From Saccostrea cucullata (lineage: Eukaryota), in assembly GCF_032062105.1 (NCBI RefSeq), contig NW_026937075.1, positions 434,001-498,000 on the forward strand: a stretch of DNA of 64,000 nucleotides, in the 5' to 3' direction. The notes beneath the pieces were generated by a model. It searched no databases. It was not told the origin of the DNA and worked only from the letters and a program-made list of their open reading frames with translations. The position numbers were made by a program, and so were the translations under genes. This document shows, in pieces, positions 21,445-32,600 of the stretch; positions within the stretch are counted from its first letter, which is position 1, and each line of letters starts with the position of its first letter.

Positions 21445-24400
21445 ATGTGGAGGTGGATATGTGGGATCCCACGAGGTAAAAATTACAAAATTAACTTTTT
21501 AACTTGCTAGAGTGAATGACGCAATACGAGCTGCTGTGGAGAGTACCTGTAAAATCTTCAAGGGCAATACAAGTGCGCTGTTATCAAAACGTGTAGATCT
21601 ATACGAAAGAAGAATGGTCTATTAAAAGTAAAGTATTTCATGATCATCATTTCGAAGAAGTTTTATTTATCCCATGACATTTACGTTTCGGAAAGATGAC
21701 ATTCTTATTTGTCCTACAAAATGGCATTTGACCTACTTGTTTATTTTTGTCCACAGCGATACGGCAGCACCTGCACAATAAGAGACCTTACACCACCGCC
21801 TGTCTCGATGAGGAACAGAACAAACAAGACCAGAACAGAGTTTGTCACGCTACAAGGTTGGTGAAACTGGTCAATGACACCTGCCGTTTACCAGTTTTCT
21901 TTTGTTACAAACCGGAAGTAAATCATATTTCTATAGATAAGAAAACCCTTTAAAGTTTCCAAATTTAGTGTAGTGTATTAGTTTGAGAAGCGATATAGAC
22001 ATTGATAAATAAACACATTTTTTAAAGTAAAAAAAATCAACACAGGTTTTGTTGATTAAAATTAAATTTAACTACAATGACAGAGAAAGTTACTAAAAAA
22101 TCGGAGTGTCTACTTTCCATTTCCATATCATTTGCAGAAAAAATAATTTTCATGGTAACCATAGAAATGACCAGGGAGGGGAGAGAGAGTGGTGGAATAG
22201 CAAACCTCGATGGAATTGCTTCACTTCTTCAGACACACTAGGAGTCTTAGGTTTGGTTAGTACCATACCCAAGAGAAATGTCCTGTTCATTACTTTATTG
22301 GTGAAGTTTTCATTTTTCATTAACATTGTTAATGTTACATCTACTTTCAGGGTGCAGTCGTATATCTTAGCCTACAGATATCAAGATGTCACCAGAAACT
22401 TCAAGAGAGGAAGGAGAAACCTGTACATGCCAGGAATTGTCTTCTGTCCCAGATATCACAGATTGTACACTGTCTACCGGCCACTGCACGGAGGCTCGGG
22501 GACCGGAAAGGACAACTCCAGGATAGCGGAAAGGCACCTTTAGAAGGGGTAGGTCATATAAGGGACTTCTAACATTAATTAGTTCTTGAGCAAGACTCTC
22601 TCAAATATGGAATATTTGGAAGAACTATATTTGAAAGAATATAGGTCATTATATCAAATTGTAATTCTTCAGTATTTCTTTAGCAATAGCCACAAACTAT
22701 CATTTAACATTACCTGGTACATGTATAATAGGAAAACAAAGAAGATCCACTGGCAAAAGTGATGAACGACTTTGAAAATGTGGTACAGAAGTATGTGGCT
22801 ATAGCTAAAAATATTCAAGCCCAATGCAAGGCTAAAACAGGGGAGATGACTGAGGCAGTGAGTATGTGGAAGGAGGCTAGCGATATGGGTCACTCCAGAT
22901 CACAGTTCAACCTGGGCCTCAGCTACGAAACAGGTCAGGGGGTCACAAAGGATGTAAGAAAGGTACATACTACAGTTTTGGCTACAATTATCAAAAGTTT
23001 TTTTTTAAAATATTTGTATGAGGCAAAATGTTAGAAATACAGATAATGAAGACAAATTGTGAGTTAAGTGTGTAAATGTTAATCAAGATGTGCTAGAATT
23101 TAATCAGATAAGGGAGGCTTTAGGTGGATATTCATCTTAATGTAGGTAATATTTTATTTAGGCTGCAAAGTATTACAAGTTAGCAGCAGCAGAAAATCAC
23201 CCACAGGCCACGTATAATCTGGCCCTGATGTACCAGGAGGGGGAAGGGGTGACACAGAATGAGGACAAAGCCATCAGTCTTATGGAGAGAGCAGCCGAAC
23301 TAGGACTAGCTCAGGTAGTTATAGTCAACCAGACACTAAAGATCTGCTGTCGTAAATCTCTAAATAAATGGAGACTCTGAAAACACATCAAATTACATGT
23401 ACATGTACAGCTGTTTGCAAGTGACTTAAGAAAGTGATACTTCATTGTAGGCTCAGACATACCTTGGAGTCCATTATACAGAGCAAGATTCTCAAGACTA
23501 TAGCAAGGCAGTGTCAAAATTCAGTGAAGCTGCAAAACAAGAGGTACGGTTGCTTTCATTAATTAATCCATTTGAAAAGTTGATTGCATTCAAGAAAGCA
23601 TTGTCAAATTACTATAATAGGACATTGAAGAATTCTTATTTATTACTTATAGTATCCAGAGGCACAGTACTTCCTAGGAATTTGCTATGAGCAGGGATGG
23701 GGTGTAGAAGTCAATGAATGCAAGGCGGCTCATTTATATTCCCAGGCAGCTCAGTCCGGACACGATGGAGCTCTGTACAATCTAGCAGTGTTTCATGAAT
23801 ATGGAGTAGGAGGTGACTCTATATTTCTTACATATTCTTTTCTAATTTTGTAGAGTTTGTTTAATAGGCATTGTTAAAGCCTAACTGGTTTTCATGATCT
23901 CTTGGTAGGATTACCAGAAGATATGCTGTCTGCAGAGGAGCTGTACAGAAAATCTGCCAAACTGGGAAACAAAATGGCTGAAGATAAAGTGATGGAAATT
24001 GAGGCAAAGAACGTGGTTAAACCATGGAAGGGAGACTATCCTAGCTGTAAAATGGATGAATTCCTCTCTGATTTAGGTATACAAATCAGTAGATCTATGG
24101 TCTGGTCAATACTGTAGAAGCACAAATTTTCGTGGGGATAAAATTTCGTTGTTTTGTCATCTAGAATAGTTTCGTGGGGATTTAATTTCGTTGTTTTGAA
24201 AGTAACCCTATTCAATATAAATTCATATAAAAGTGCTCGTTAATATTTGTTAAAACGAAATAAAGAAAAAATAGAGACTGCTTTGTAAACATCTTTTAGA
24301 CTTTGTAAACATCTTTTAACTATGCAAAGAATATCAGGTAAAACTCTCTTGATTTCAGATCACTTCTCAGGTCAAAATAAAAACATCAGGGAATCTGAAG

Positions 24401-24831
24401 TAAAAGATCAAAGACCAATCATTCATAAAGAACAAACATCAGAGTTAAAGGGAGATAACTCCAGAAATTCTTTCCACTTGTCTTCCTCTTCTCCGTCTCT
24501 GACAGAGTATGTCCGCCAACATCTGTCTCAGCTACAAATCGGAGCAGCCCCCGCCCCGGGTCTTCTCTCAGCCCTCCCCTCTCAGGACCTAAGCGGGGTC
24601 TGGAACCCTCAGTTTGGGAGCCCTAGAATCTCCTCTCCTGTCGCTACTGCTTCCCCTGTTGTTTTCACCCTGGGGGATGAAGATGAGGAGTTGATGACCG
24701 TTAATAGCCTCAGTGCCACACAGACAGACATACAGTTCCACATCCTGGAGAAGAATCATCACTTCTGCTCCATGATACAGAAAAATTCCACCATGCCAGA
24801 TCTTCACAGTCAGGCAGTATCCTGCGTTTGA
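21445..24831 (+). CDS. DELE1: DELE1 (DAP3-binding cell death enhancer 1), mitochondrial stress sensor with Sel1-like/TPR repeats, 574 aa; exons 21445-21475, 21757-21856, 22138-22255, 22351-22548, 22732-22962, 23162-23314, 23451-23543, 23653-23812, 23909-24076, 24359-24831
   Basis: The N-terminus [16 protein letters not shown] is a presequence-like start (vertebrate DELE1 also starts MWR). [19 protein letters not shown] matches the DELE1 hydrophobic ...LALQLAR segment. Tandem Sel1 repeats follow ([72 protein letters not shown]), then a C-terminal SSSSPSL motif. All introns are GT-AG with consistent phase (1725 nt). Confidence 0.88.
24112..24260. mobile_element. MITE fragment in DELE1 intron 9
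   Basis: TA|CTGTAGAAGCAC start, with repeated TTTCGTGGGGAT..AATTTCGTTGTTTTG subterminal motifs; no right TIR seen. Confidence 0.5.
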
Positions 24832-24967
24832 TGACTTCTTACGTTTGTTAAATGACTGAAAATTTTCACAGGATTTTTAAAAGAAAATATTAAATGACAT
24901 TTAGTATGCCTTTAATTGCTCTTTTTCCCCCTTGAACATCATGTACATAGTCATTTTAGTTTGATTA

Positions 24968-25731
24968 CAGGGCTCTCACACCACTTTTTGGGACTGGGGC
25001 CGGGGCCGTTCAAATTGGGAAATTATCGTCATTTTGGGAAAAGTTGGATAATCAAAATTCAATTAAAAAAAATCCTCAAATTTTGCTTTTCTAGCATTTT
25101 GTAATCAATTCAAATCTGGTTTTGAATAAACAGTTAAACAGAACAAATATGGGTACGTAGGCTATTCATGAAAGTACATTAGCTTTGTCATAACCATCTT
25201 TGAGTGTTGATATTGCGGTTTTATGTCTTTCTGAGTGACAGTCGCTAGTCACATAGTCCCGAATTTCCTCGATCACAGGGACAACTTTGCTTACCAATAC
25301 AGTGCGAGACTGAACATGCCGAAGCGTGGGTGTGTTTCTAGGTGCAGCTTACAGTACTAATGTTTAAATGAAATGTCTAATTTTGAAACCAAAATGATGT
25401 TTTTTTTCGAAACTACATGACAAGATACTCTGCACTCATAGTTAGTACACATTTTTGTAAAAACAATAACCTGGTTCCCCGAACCAGTTTACAAATGCAT
25501 TTGCCGCGAACTAATAAAATAGTGGTACAGTTTCACTTTCATTTGCAAGTGTGTTTTGTTTGTTGTTTTTTTTTTTTTTTGCAATTAAGTTTCTTAGACT
25601 TTTATTTTTTAATTAATATTTTGCTATGGAAATTGGGAAATATATACCTTTCTTTTGGGAAAAAAGGTACCTTTTTTGCATTGGGAACGGGGCCGTTGAA
25701 CGGCCCCAATTTTAGAGAATCGAGAGCCCTG
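24968..25731. mobile_element. Non-autonomous DNA transposon with CAGGG termini and a 5-bp target-site duplication (hAT-like)
   Basis: GATTA|CAGGGCTCTC ... GAGAGCCCTG|GATTA, with subterminal GGGGCCG and TTGGGAAA motifs near both ends. Confidence 0.8.
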
Positions 25732-26845
25732 GATTAAAAAAAAAAACAGTTTTGCCTCAAAGCTTCACCATTTTATTTTTTTTTTTATTTTATTTTTTTC
25801 CTAAACAGCTTTTGCATATTTTTTGTTTCTTTATACATGAACTGTTCACATAATTTTTGTAATTCCATATCATGGCACATCTATAAAATTGTTCCAAAGC
25901 TCAATTGAATTTTCCTCTTCTCATAAATGGCTTTATTGTGTTTAAGCAATTCTTTGCCATTTTTAGGCTTAGGCTTGGCAGTTTTTGGTGTAATACATTT
26001 CTGCTATTGCAGCAAGTATCTCTGTAAACATTATTGAGTGATGTGTGTTAGAATAGAATTTTTGACTTAGTCAATAGATATTTCTTCATTGATTGCTTAT
26101 AAAAGTGTATTAAAAATTCTCGAAAGAGACCAGTGTGCCAATGTTAACTTCATAGACAGCTTTATTTAGACATTCTGTTTTTATTATTTTTTAATCTAAA
26201 TATTTGATATTGATTTATGTAATCATCAAATAAGGAAGATATTATGTTGAATCAGATGTGTGATTTTGAATTCCAACTCAGACTTTAAAAACCATATGTT
26301 ACAGTTCAGGTTTTATTTTGTTATAATTTGTCATATTATTCACAATTTTGTTGTTCACAAAACTCAGTTTATCATAATTCATTCTACAAATATATGTCAT
26401 TTAAGTAATACTCCCTTCATTGTAGAGAGAAAGTTATGCAGTTGATTTGGTAACCTGACAGAATGTTAATTGTTTTAACATGTTTTGTGTTCAGTTGTTT
26501 TGTAGAGTTTGAGCATATAATTGGTGCATCATTACTATGTAAGATGTCCATTTTTTGTTTCACTATATGCAGTTACCAGTGTGCTCTGTACCAGCACAAT
26601 AATCTCACCAAGCACTAACATTAAACAGAGCTTGTTTTGTTTGTTTTTGTTTTGTAAAGGGGGGAGGGAATAACCAAATAATGAAATGTTCTTGTATGAA
26701 ATGTACAATGTAATTTGTAAATAAAAACACCAGATTTGTTAGCTTGTTCTTCAACTTGTTATTAGATCCTAAAACAAAAAAGAACACTTGGGACTATATC
26801 TTATAATTTTGTCTATTTTATCTAAACTTCGGGATGATTTTGGGA

Positions 26846-27424
26846 TTTTTATGCGCCCGGATCGATAGATCCGAGGTGTATATTGTTTTTGTCCTGTCTG
26901 TTTGTCTGTTTATCTGTTTGTCTGTCTGTCTGTTGTCAACTTTAACCTTCGCCATAACTTTTGAACCATGAGAGATAGAAACTTCATATTTGGTATGCAT
27001 ACTCCACCAATAAAGCTCTTTCAAATGACATCAAGTTCAATGACCTTGTGACCTTGACTGTGACCTTTATGCTAAAAATAGCTTTATCGAACTTTCGCCA
27101 TACCTTTTGAACCATGAGAGGTAGAGACTTTATATTTAGTACGCATACTCAACTAATAAAGCTCTTTCAAATGACATCAAGGTGTATGACCTTGTGACCT
27201 TGACTGTGACCTATATGCTAAAAGTAGCTTTTTAGAATTCACCATTATTTTTGAACCATGAGAGATAGAGACTTTCTATTTGGTATACTTACTTCACTAA
27301 TTAAGTTCTTTTAAATGATACCAAGGTCAATGACCTTGTGACCTTGACTGTGACTTATTGCTAAAAATAATTTATTGAACTTTGTTGCCGCCGGGCGCAT
27401 AGTGTTTCACAAACACATCTTGTT
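26846..27424 (+). mobile_element. HINE-type element with three ~145-bp internal repeats
   Basis: It starts TTTTTATGCGCCCGGATCGATAGATCCG, has a (GTCT/GTTT)n microsatellite and a TGAACCATGAGAG anchor at 26962, 27108 and 27252. It ends CCGGGCGCATAGTGTTTCACAAACACATCTTGTT into a T-run. Confidence 0.85.
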
Positions 27425-28268
27425 TTTTTTTTTTTTTTTTTTTTTGAGCTTGAGATGTTTCAAACAGGACACACTTCTACATGTATATTTACAAGCCATT
27501 CACTCTCGGCAGTTCAGTGTGAAAATATATGTGAAGTAAATTGTGGACAGAATTTCATTTTTTCAATCAATTTGAAAATATGTATATATATGAACAAGAA
27601 AACATTGATGTAACCATCAATTGTTGCCCGGGAAATATATAAAGTAAACAATGGAAATAAGTCTTGATCATCAAACCGCGAATATTTTGAAAACTTTTAG
27701 TCGGATAAAAATCAAACAAAAACGATACCATTTTAAACTTGATCAATTCCTCATGTAAATGATGGCTGCATAATATATAAATTGAAGTTAGACACATGCA
27801 TCACCATGCATATCAAAAATGTATTTAATTTTCAATTTTCGATTATGAAACATGAACTGTGCAGAGTACGTTTTTATGCGAGAAGTAAAATTCGATGTTC
27901 TAAAAAAAGGGACCTATCATTTTTTCGATAGTAAATGATAAGCAACTTTATATATAAAATATGAAAAACATAAATATTTTTACAGATTCACTTTATGGAA
28001 GTAAATATATTACCAGGTATGTATCTCGTAATTTATAAAGGAAAGAACATTCTGATTAACAATCTTTTCGATGTTTAGAAAACCTTTATTTCTGAAAAAC
28101 TACTCCCGCCCCAATCCCCATACACCAACACTTAAACTTATATGTATAGAGCAGCCCGGTCCTCCGGGCTGCAATGAGGGTTGATTTAAAAGTAATACTT
28201 TTACAGCTAAGAAAACTTTTGTTTTAATGCCTTTAAAAATTGTTTTAAGACTATATAATTCTATACTA

Positions 28269-28780
28269 AAACAAGATGCCCAGGGCCATTGGCTAGGAAA
28301 AAGCAGAAAATTGATCAATTTAGTACTTGAAAGGATAAATATGACCAATCCCAGATTTGCTCTTCTTGAGGAGATTTTTGAAGAGTTTTCCTATATACAT
28401 GTATTCGTATGTAAAACTTGGACTGTCCATTGTAGCCCCAACATACCCCAGGGGTCATGATTTGTACAAACTTGAATTTACACCACCTGAGGATGCTTCC
28501 ATATAAATATGACGGATTATAGTTTTGCTTGAATCTACACTACCTGGCATTTATTCTACATGAGTTTCATCATTCCAAGCACATTATTGTTTTCATCCAG
28601 GCATGGCCCTTATTTGAACAAATTTAAATATCTTTCATCCAAGAATACTCTGTATCAAGTTTGGTTGAAATTGGCAAAGTATTTCTAGAGAGGAAGATGA
28701 AAATGTTCCATCATCAATGTCAGACAACGGACAAACTTTGATCAGAATAGCTCACCAGAGCCTTCAGCTCAGGTGAGCTA
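28269..28780 (-). mobile_element. CvA-like HINE, reverse orientation, degenerate
   Basis: One end is AAACAAGATGCCCAGGGCC and the other GATCAGAATAGCTCACCAGAGCCTTCAGCTCAGGTGAGCTA; the core includes CAAGTTTGGTTGAAATTGG. Confidence 0.75.
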
Positions 28781-28844
28781 TCAAAGTTCATTTCCAATGT
28801 TTTACTGAGCGGGCATAAAATAAATTTATGTTTGACTGCATAGT

Positions 28845-29129
28845 GATCGATTGATTGTATGTTGTTTAACATCCCTCTTGAGAATTTTTCCCTCACAGAG
28901 AAGCCACCATTTGCCGTCAGGGGCTACAAATTTTGTCCTATACTCAGCACTTGGGGCTAATGATCTTTTTCCTACCAGCACTTACTGCCACATGCGACCT
29001 TGGTTTATACAGTCTCATCCAAAGGACTGGTCCCCACGTCCCACAGTGGGATTCGAACCCGCAACATAAAGATCAACTCTTACTTCGCAACTCTAGAGCA
29101 GATGCTCTCACTACTGTGCCATGTGGGCT
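28845..29129 (-). mobile_element. tRNA-derived SINE
   Basis: The minus strand begins GCCCACATGGCACAGTAGTGAG (A-box-like), has B box GGTTCGAATCCC (29048-29059), a ~190-bp body and a (CAAT)n-like tail. Confidence 0.7.
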
Positions 29130-29633
29130 ACAACTGCATAGTGAGATGTTGGACTTACCAATGAGAAGTTCAATATCAATCTAGGAAAGACCCAATAGGT
29201 GGTTCTTGAGAACATTTTTCTTATAACAGGTAATTTACAATCTATATCTTTGATCGCCTAAGGTGGCCCACCCAACCCCAGGTTCATGATCGACACTTAA
29301 TGATCTAAATTAGGTCAGGAAAGATGTAAGTTTCAGCCTTTCTGCTAAATTGCAAAAGGTTGCAAAGGTAAAACTTTCAACAGATGCTTTTTATGAAATA
29401 AGCATTCACCAGTATCTACATTTCTGCATAATTTATTTCTCTGAGTTGTTTTCCAGGAACATGACAAACACAGGAATTCATGTGTTTTTGATCAATGCAA
29501 AAATATTCAATCTGAAATTTTCTTTTCTTTCACATACTCTACTTAATCGGCACTTTTAATGTCTACTGACATTGGCAAAGTCATATGATTTGTTTAAAAA
29601 ATCTGCAATGTTTTTCCTTAGTCATTAGATTTG

Positions 29634-32600
29634 TTAGAAGAGATCTGCAATGTTTTCCTCCATGAATCGTTTGTAGATGGCCATGAACTTGGCTACAAAG
29701 GCTTCCAGATGATATATCGCCTTCTGTCCGAGCTGGAGTCGATGTTGGAAAAATGCAGCAGATTGCACCACCTCTGTTTTCAGCTCCCCATCACAGTTAT
29801 TAATCAATTCTTGTAACAATCCCTGCAATGTATAATTTCACAGTAATGAGAAATTAACTTCAACATTAAGGGCCCTCTCTACACATGTGCAATTTTTTTG
29901 GACATTGAGAAAAATGTATTGTATAAAGGAGTTAATATTGAGCTTATTTATTTAATTTTCAATGTATAGTGTGGCATTTACCCCTAGGAAAAATGTTATG
30001 CCCTGTTCACACGGAGAGTTTAATTCGAATTAAACGTAAATTTACTGCGAATTAGCTTCGCTTAGCGTTCACACGGAGAATTTAATGCGAATTAGTTTAC
30101 TTCGCATTAGTTTACTGCGCATTAAATTATCGCATTAGCTCCGTGTGAACGCTAAGCGAAGCTATTCGAATTAAAGGCAGTTGGCAAAATTCAAATGCGT
30201 CAGTCAGCTTTAAGTACTTGTGCTATTTTTTGAAAAACTAAGAAAAAATAATTAATTTTCAATGTGCATCTGGTGTGTGATTTGCAAATGACGTCATAAT
30301 TACTGTCGAAGTAAAATTTTAATTCGCATTAGTTTACCGCATTAGCTGTTGTGTGAAAAATGTTATTCGCAAGTTTAGACGAATTAAACACAGGGTAAAA
30401 GACAACACAGTAGCAGTGAATAGAAATCACTGTTAATTACTTCCATAAAGAAAATACATGTAAATAACACGTTCAGTTAATTTATCTTGTCCTTTTAAAA
30501 TGTTAAGAATACTTGAATTAATTACAAATTTAGTAGTGTATTGTAAATTTCTATTTTTTTGGAATTGTATCTGCAAAATATCAACGATACAGTACGGTTT
30601 ATTTTTAGCGATGAGGGAAAGCTGAATCTGTGTACAGACACAGGAATCGTTCAATTCCCATGAAAGCACTGTTAGTATTTACTCAAAATTTGAGGTGAAT
30701 TAAGAATAAAATTATACAACGTAAAGTTATGTCGAATTCAAAAATTTTAGAAAGGTAAGGAGTAGTGGAACAGTTCACAAATGATTACTATGCCCCCCCC
30801 CCCCCCCCGAAAAAAAAAATAAGTGAAACCCGTATATTACACTCGGGAAGGGGGTAGCTTTACAGCCAACCAAGACACTATGTGGTGCTATTGTTTATTG
30901 TTGATAAATTAAAAAGCGTTGTATACAAGTTTAGCAAAAATCATTTATGAAAGAGAAAAAGAAAAAAAAAACTTTTGCACCAGTGAGTGCTGGGAATATA
31001 TATACACCCCCCCCCCCCCCCCGCTTTCATTTCATCTGTTTATTTCATTTTTTTTTTATTAAGACAGGTGTAGGACATTGTTAGACATTTTTTTCAGAAT
31101 ACGTTTTCCCCGAAGTATTTTTGTTTCAAAAACATTAAATTCCCACATGATTCTTATATATTAAAATGTTTTGCATTTAATCGTAGCTTAAATTAAAAAA
31201 AAAAGACGTCGGCAACAGCTGAATAAAGAAAAGAACATACACAATCAAATTATTTTTTTTTTTTGAAAACCAATTATATAATGCATCCCCTAAATAATTA
31301 TTTTAAAATGATAAATACCTGCACGTCCACCTCTCTCGGCATTTCAGTTGCGAATGCTTAAAATGGGATATAATCAACTTTCTGCTAAAATCATCTGATT
31401 GGTTGAGAGGTATGTTCCCAAATATGAATGTAAATTGGTGAGGTCATTAGAAAGGTCATGTCACAAGTCATTTAGAATACTCGTTTCCTACTGTATCAGA
31501 TACAGGGCGGGGCCCGGCTCGAGCTATCGCTCTCGCCTCAAGCCCCGCCCTGTATCTCTGATACAGTAGGAAACTCGTACTCTAAATATAACTTTTTTTT
31601 TTTTTTTGGAATCGAGATCTAACGGCAGATCACTCTAACTGCAGAAAAATACCTTAGAATCGGAACTTCTTAGTGTGCAGTGTAAAGAGGGTTCTTAAAT
31701 TTTGTACGTCATAATTTTTGCAGAATATATAAAGAGTGTTATCTGAAATTTGAAAAAAACTAAGCTGACCTTCATAATGATGTCTGCTGGTATGCAGTGA
31801 GTCAGAAGTTCATAGAGACGACCCCTGACCTCCAGCAATCGCCGTGGAGATTGCTGTTGAATTATCATATTGGCTGTTTCCCTTAGATACACCTCCCAGT
31901 CGGGTTCTGATACCTCTTGGTCTGCTTTTAATGGAGTCCTGCAATGTATGGGGATTTTCACTGATCTTGCATTAGAACACATTTGCAGTCTTCTTGGTGT
32001 GTATGAAGAATTAATATTGAGATGCCATAATTCAAGGTCATAAATTTAAAGACATTGTTGAGAAGGAACAGCACTGGGTCATCCCATAAAGATTCTTAAG
32101 TCCTCTCAGACTTAAACTAATGAGAAATGAGTAATATCTGTAGAGAGTAATGGACATCATGCAGCTCTCAGTTTGATCTTGTCATCATTGAGGACTCTTC
32201 TGAGTTACTATCACAACTAATGCCTGTGTCATACAACTACAAATAATGCAGCAAGGGAATGACAATGCTTCTGCTGTTTTGGACTGAATACCGTAATTTC
32301 GGGATTATAGGTCGATGGGGTATATAGGTCGAAAGGCTCATTTTCAGCCTTAATTTTTGAAAAATCCTAAGATAGGTCGAACTTACTGTATAGGACGAGG
32401 CTTTGTTTCCCGTTTTCTAAAGATTCTTACGCAGATACAACGTATCAGAACAGGTAAACCCCTAAAATTATCGGGGTTATTCTGTTACATGAATGTATAA
32501 AAAAAATAAACAGGTACATTAATGAGTACAGCATTTAAATAAAGTTTTAAAAAAAAAAATGTTGTTAAAACTTCTTTGAATTGTGTTACTACTTATTTTT

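Noticed and set aside
22106-22543. 145-aa ORF as a single exon
   Set aside because: It reads through a 95-bp intron. The true DELE1 exon 22351-22548 uses a different frame, which restores the conserved [12 protein letters not shown] segment.
24281-24320. 20-bp tandem duplication CTTTGTAAACATCTTTTA
   Set aside because: An ordinary slippage duplication in an intron with no evident function.
21086-27024. ORFs 21086-21412 (-), 25417-25737 (+) and 26818-27024 (-)
   Set aside because: They lie in or across non-autonomous repeats and microsatellites, with no transposase or other motifs.
29040-29129. tRNA gene (B box GGTTCGAATCCC on the minus strand)
   Set aside because: No convincing cloverleaf; it continues into a SINE body with a simple-repeat tail.
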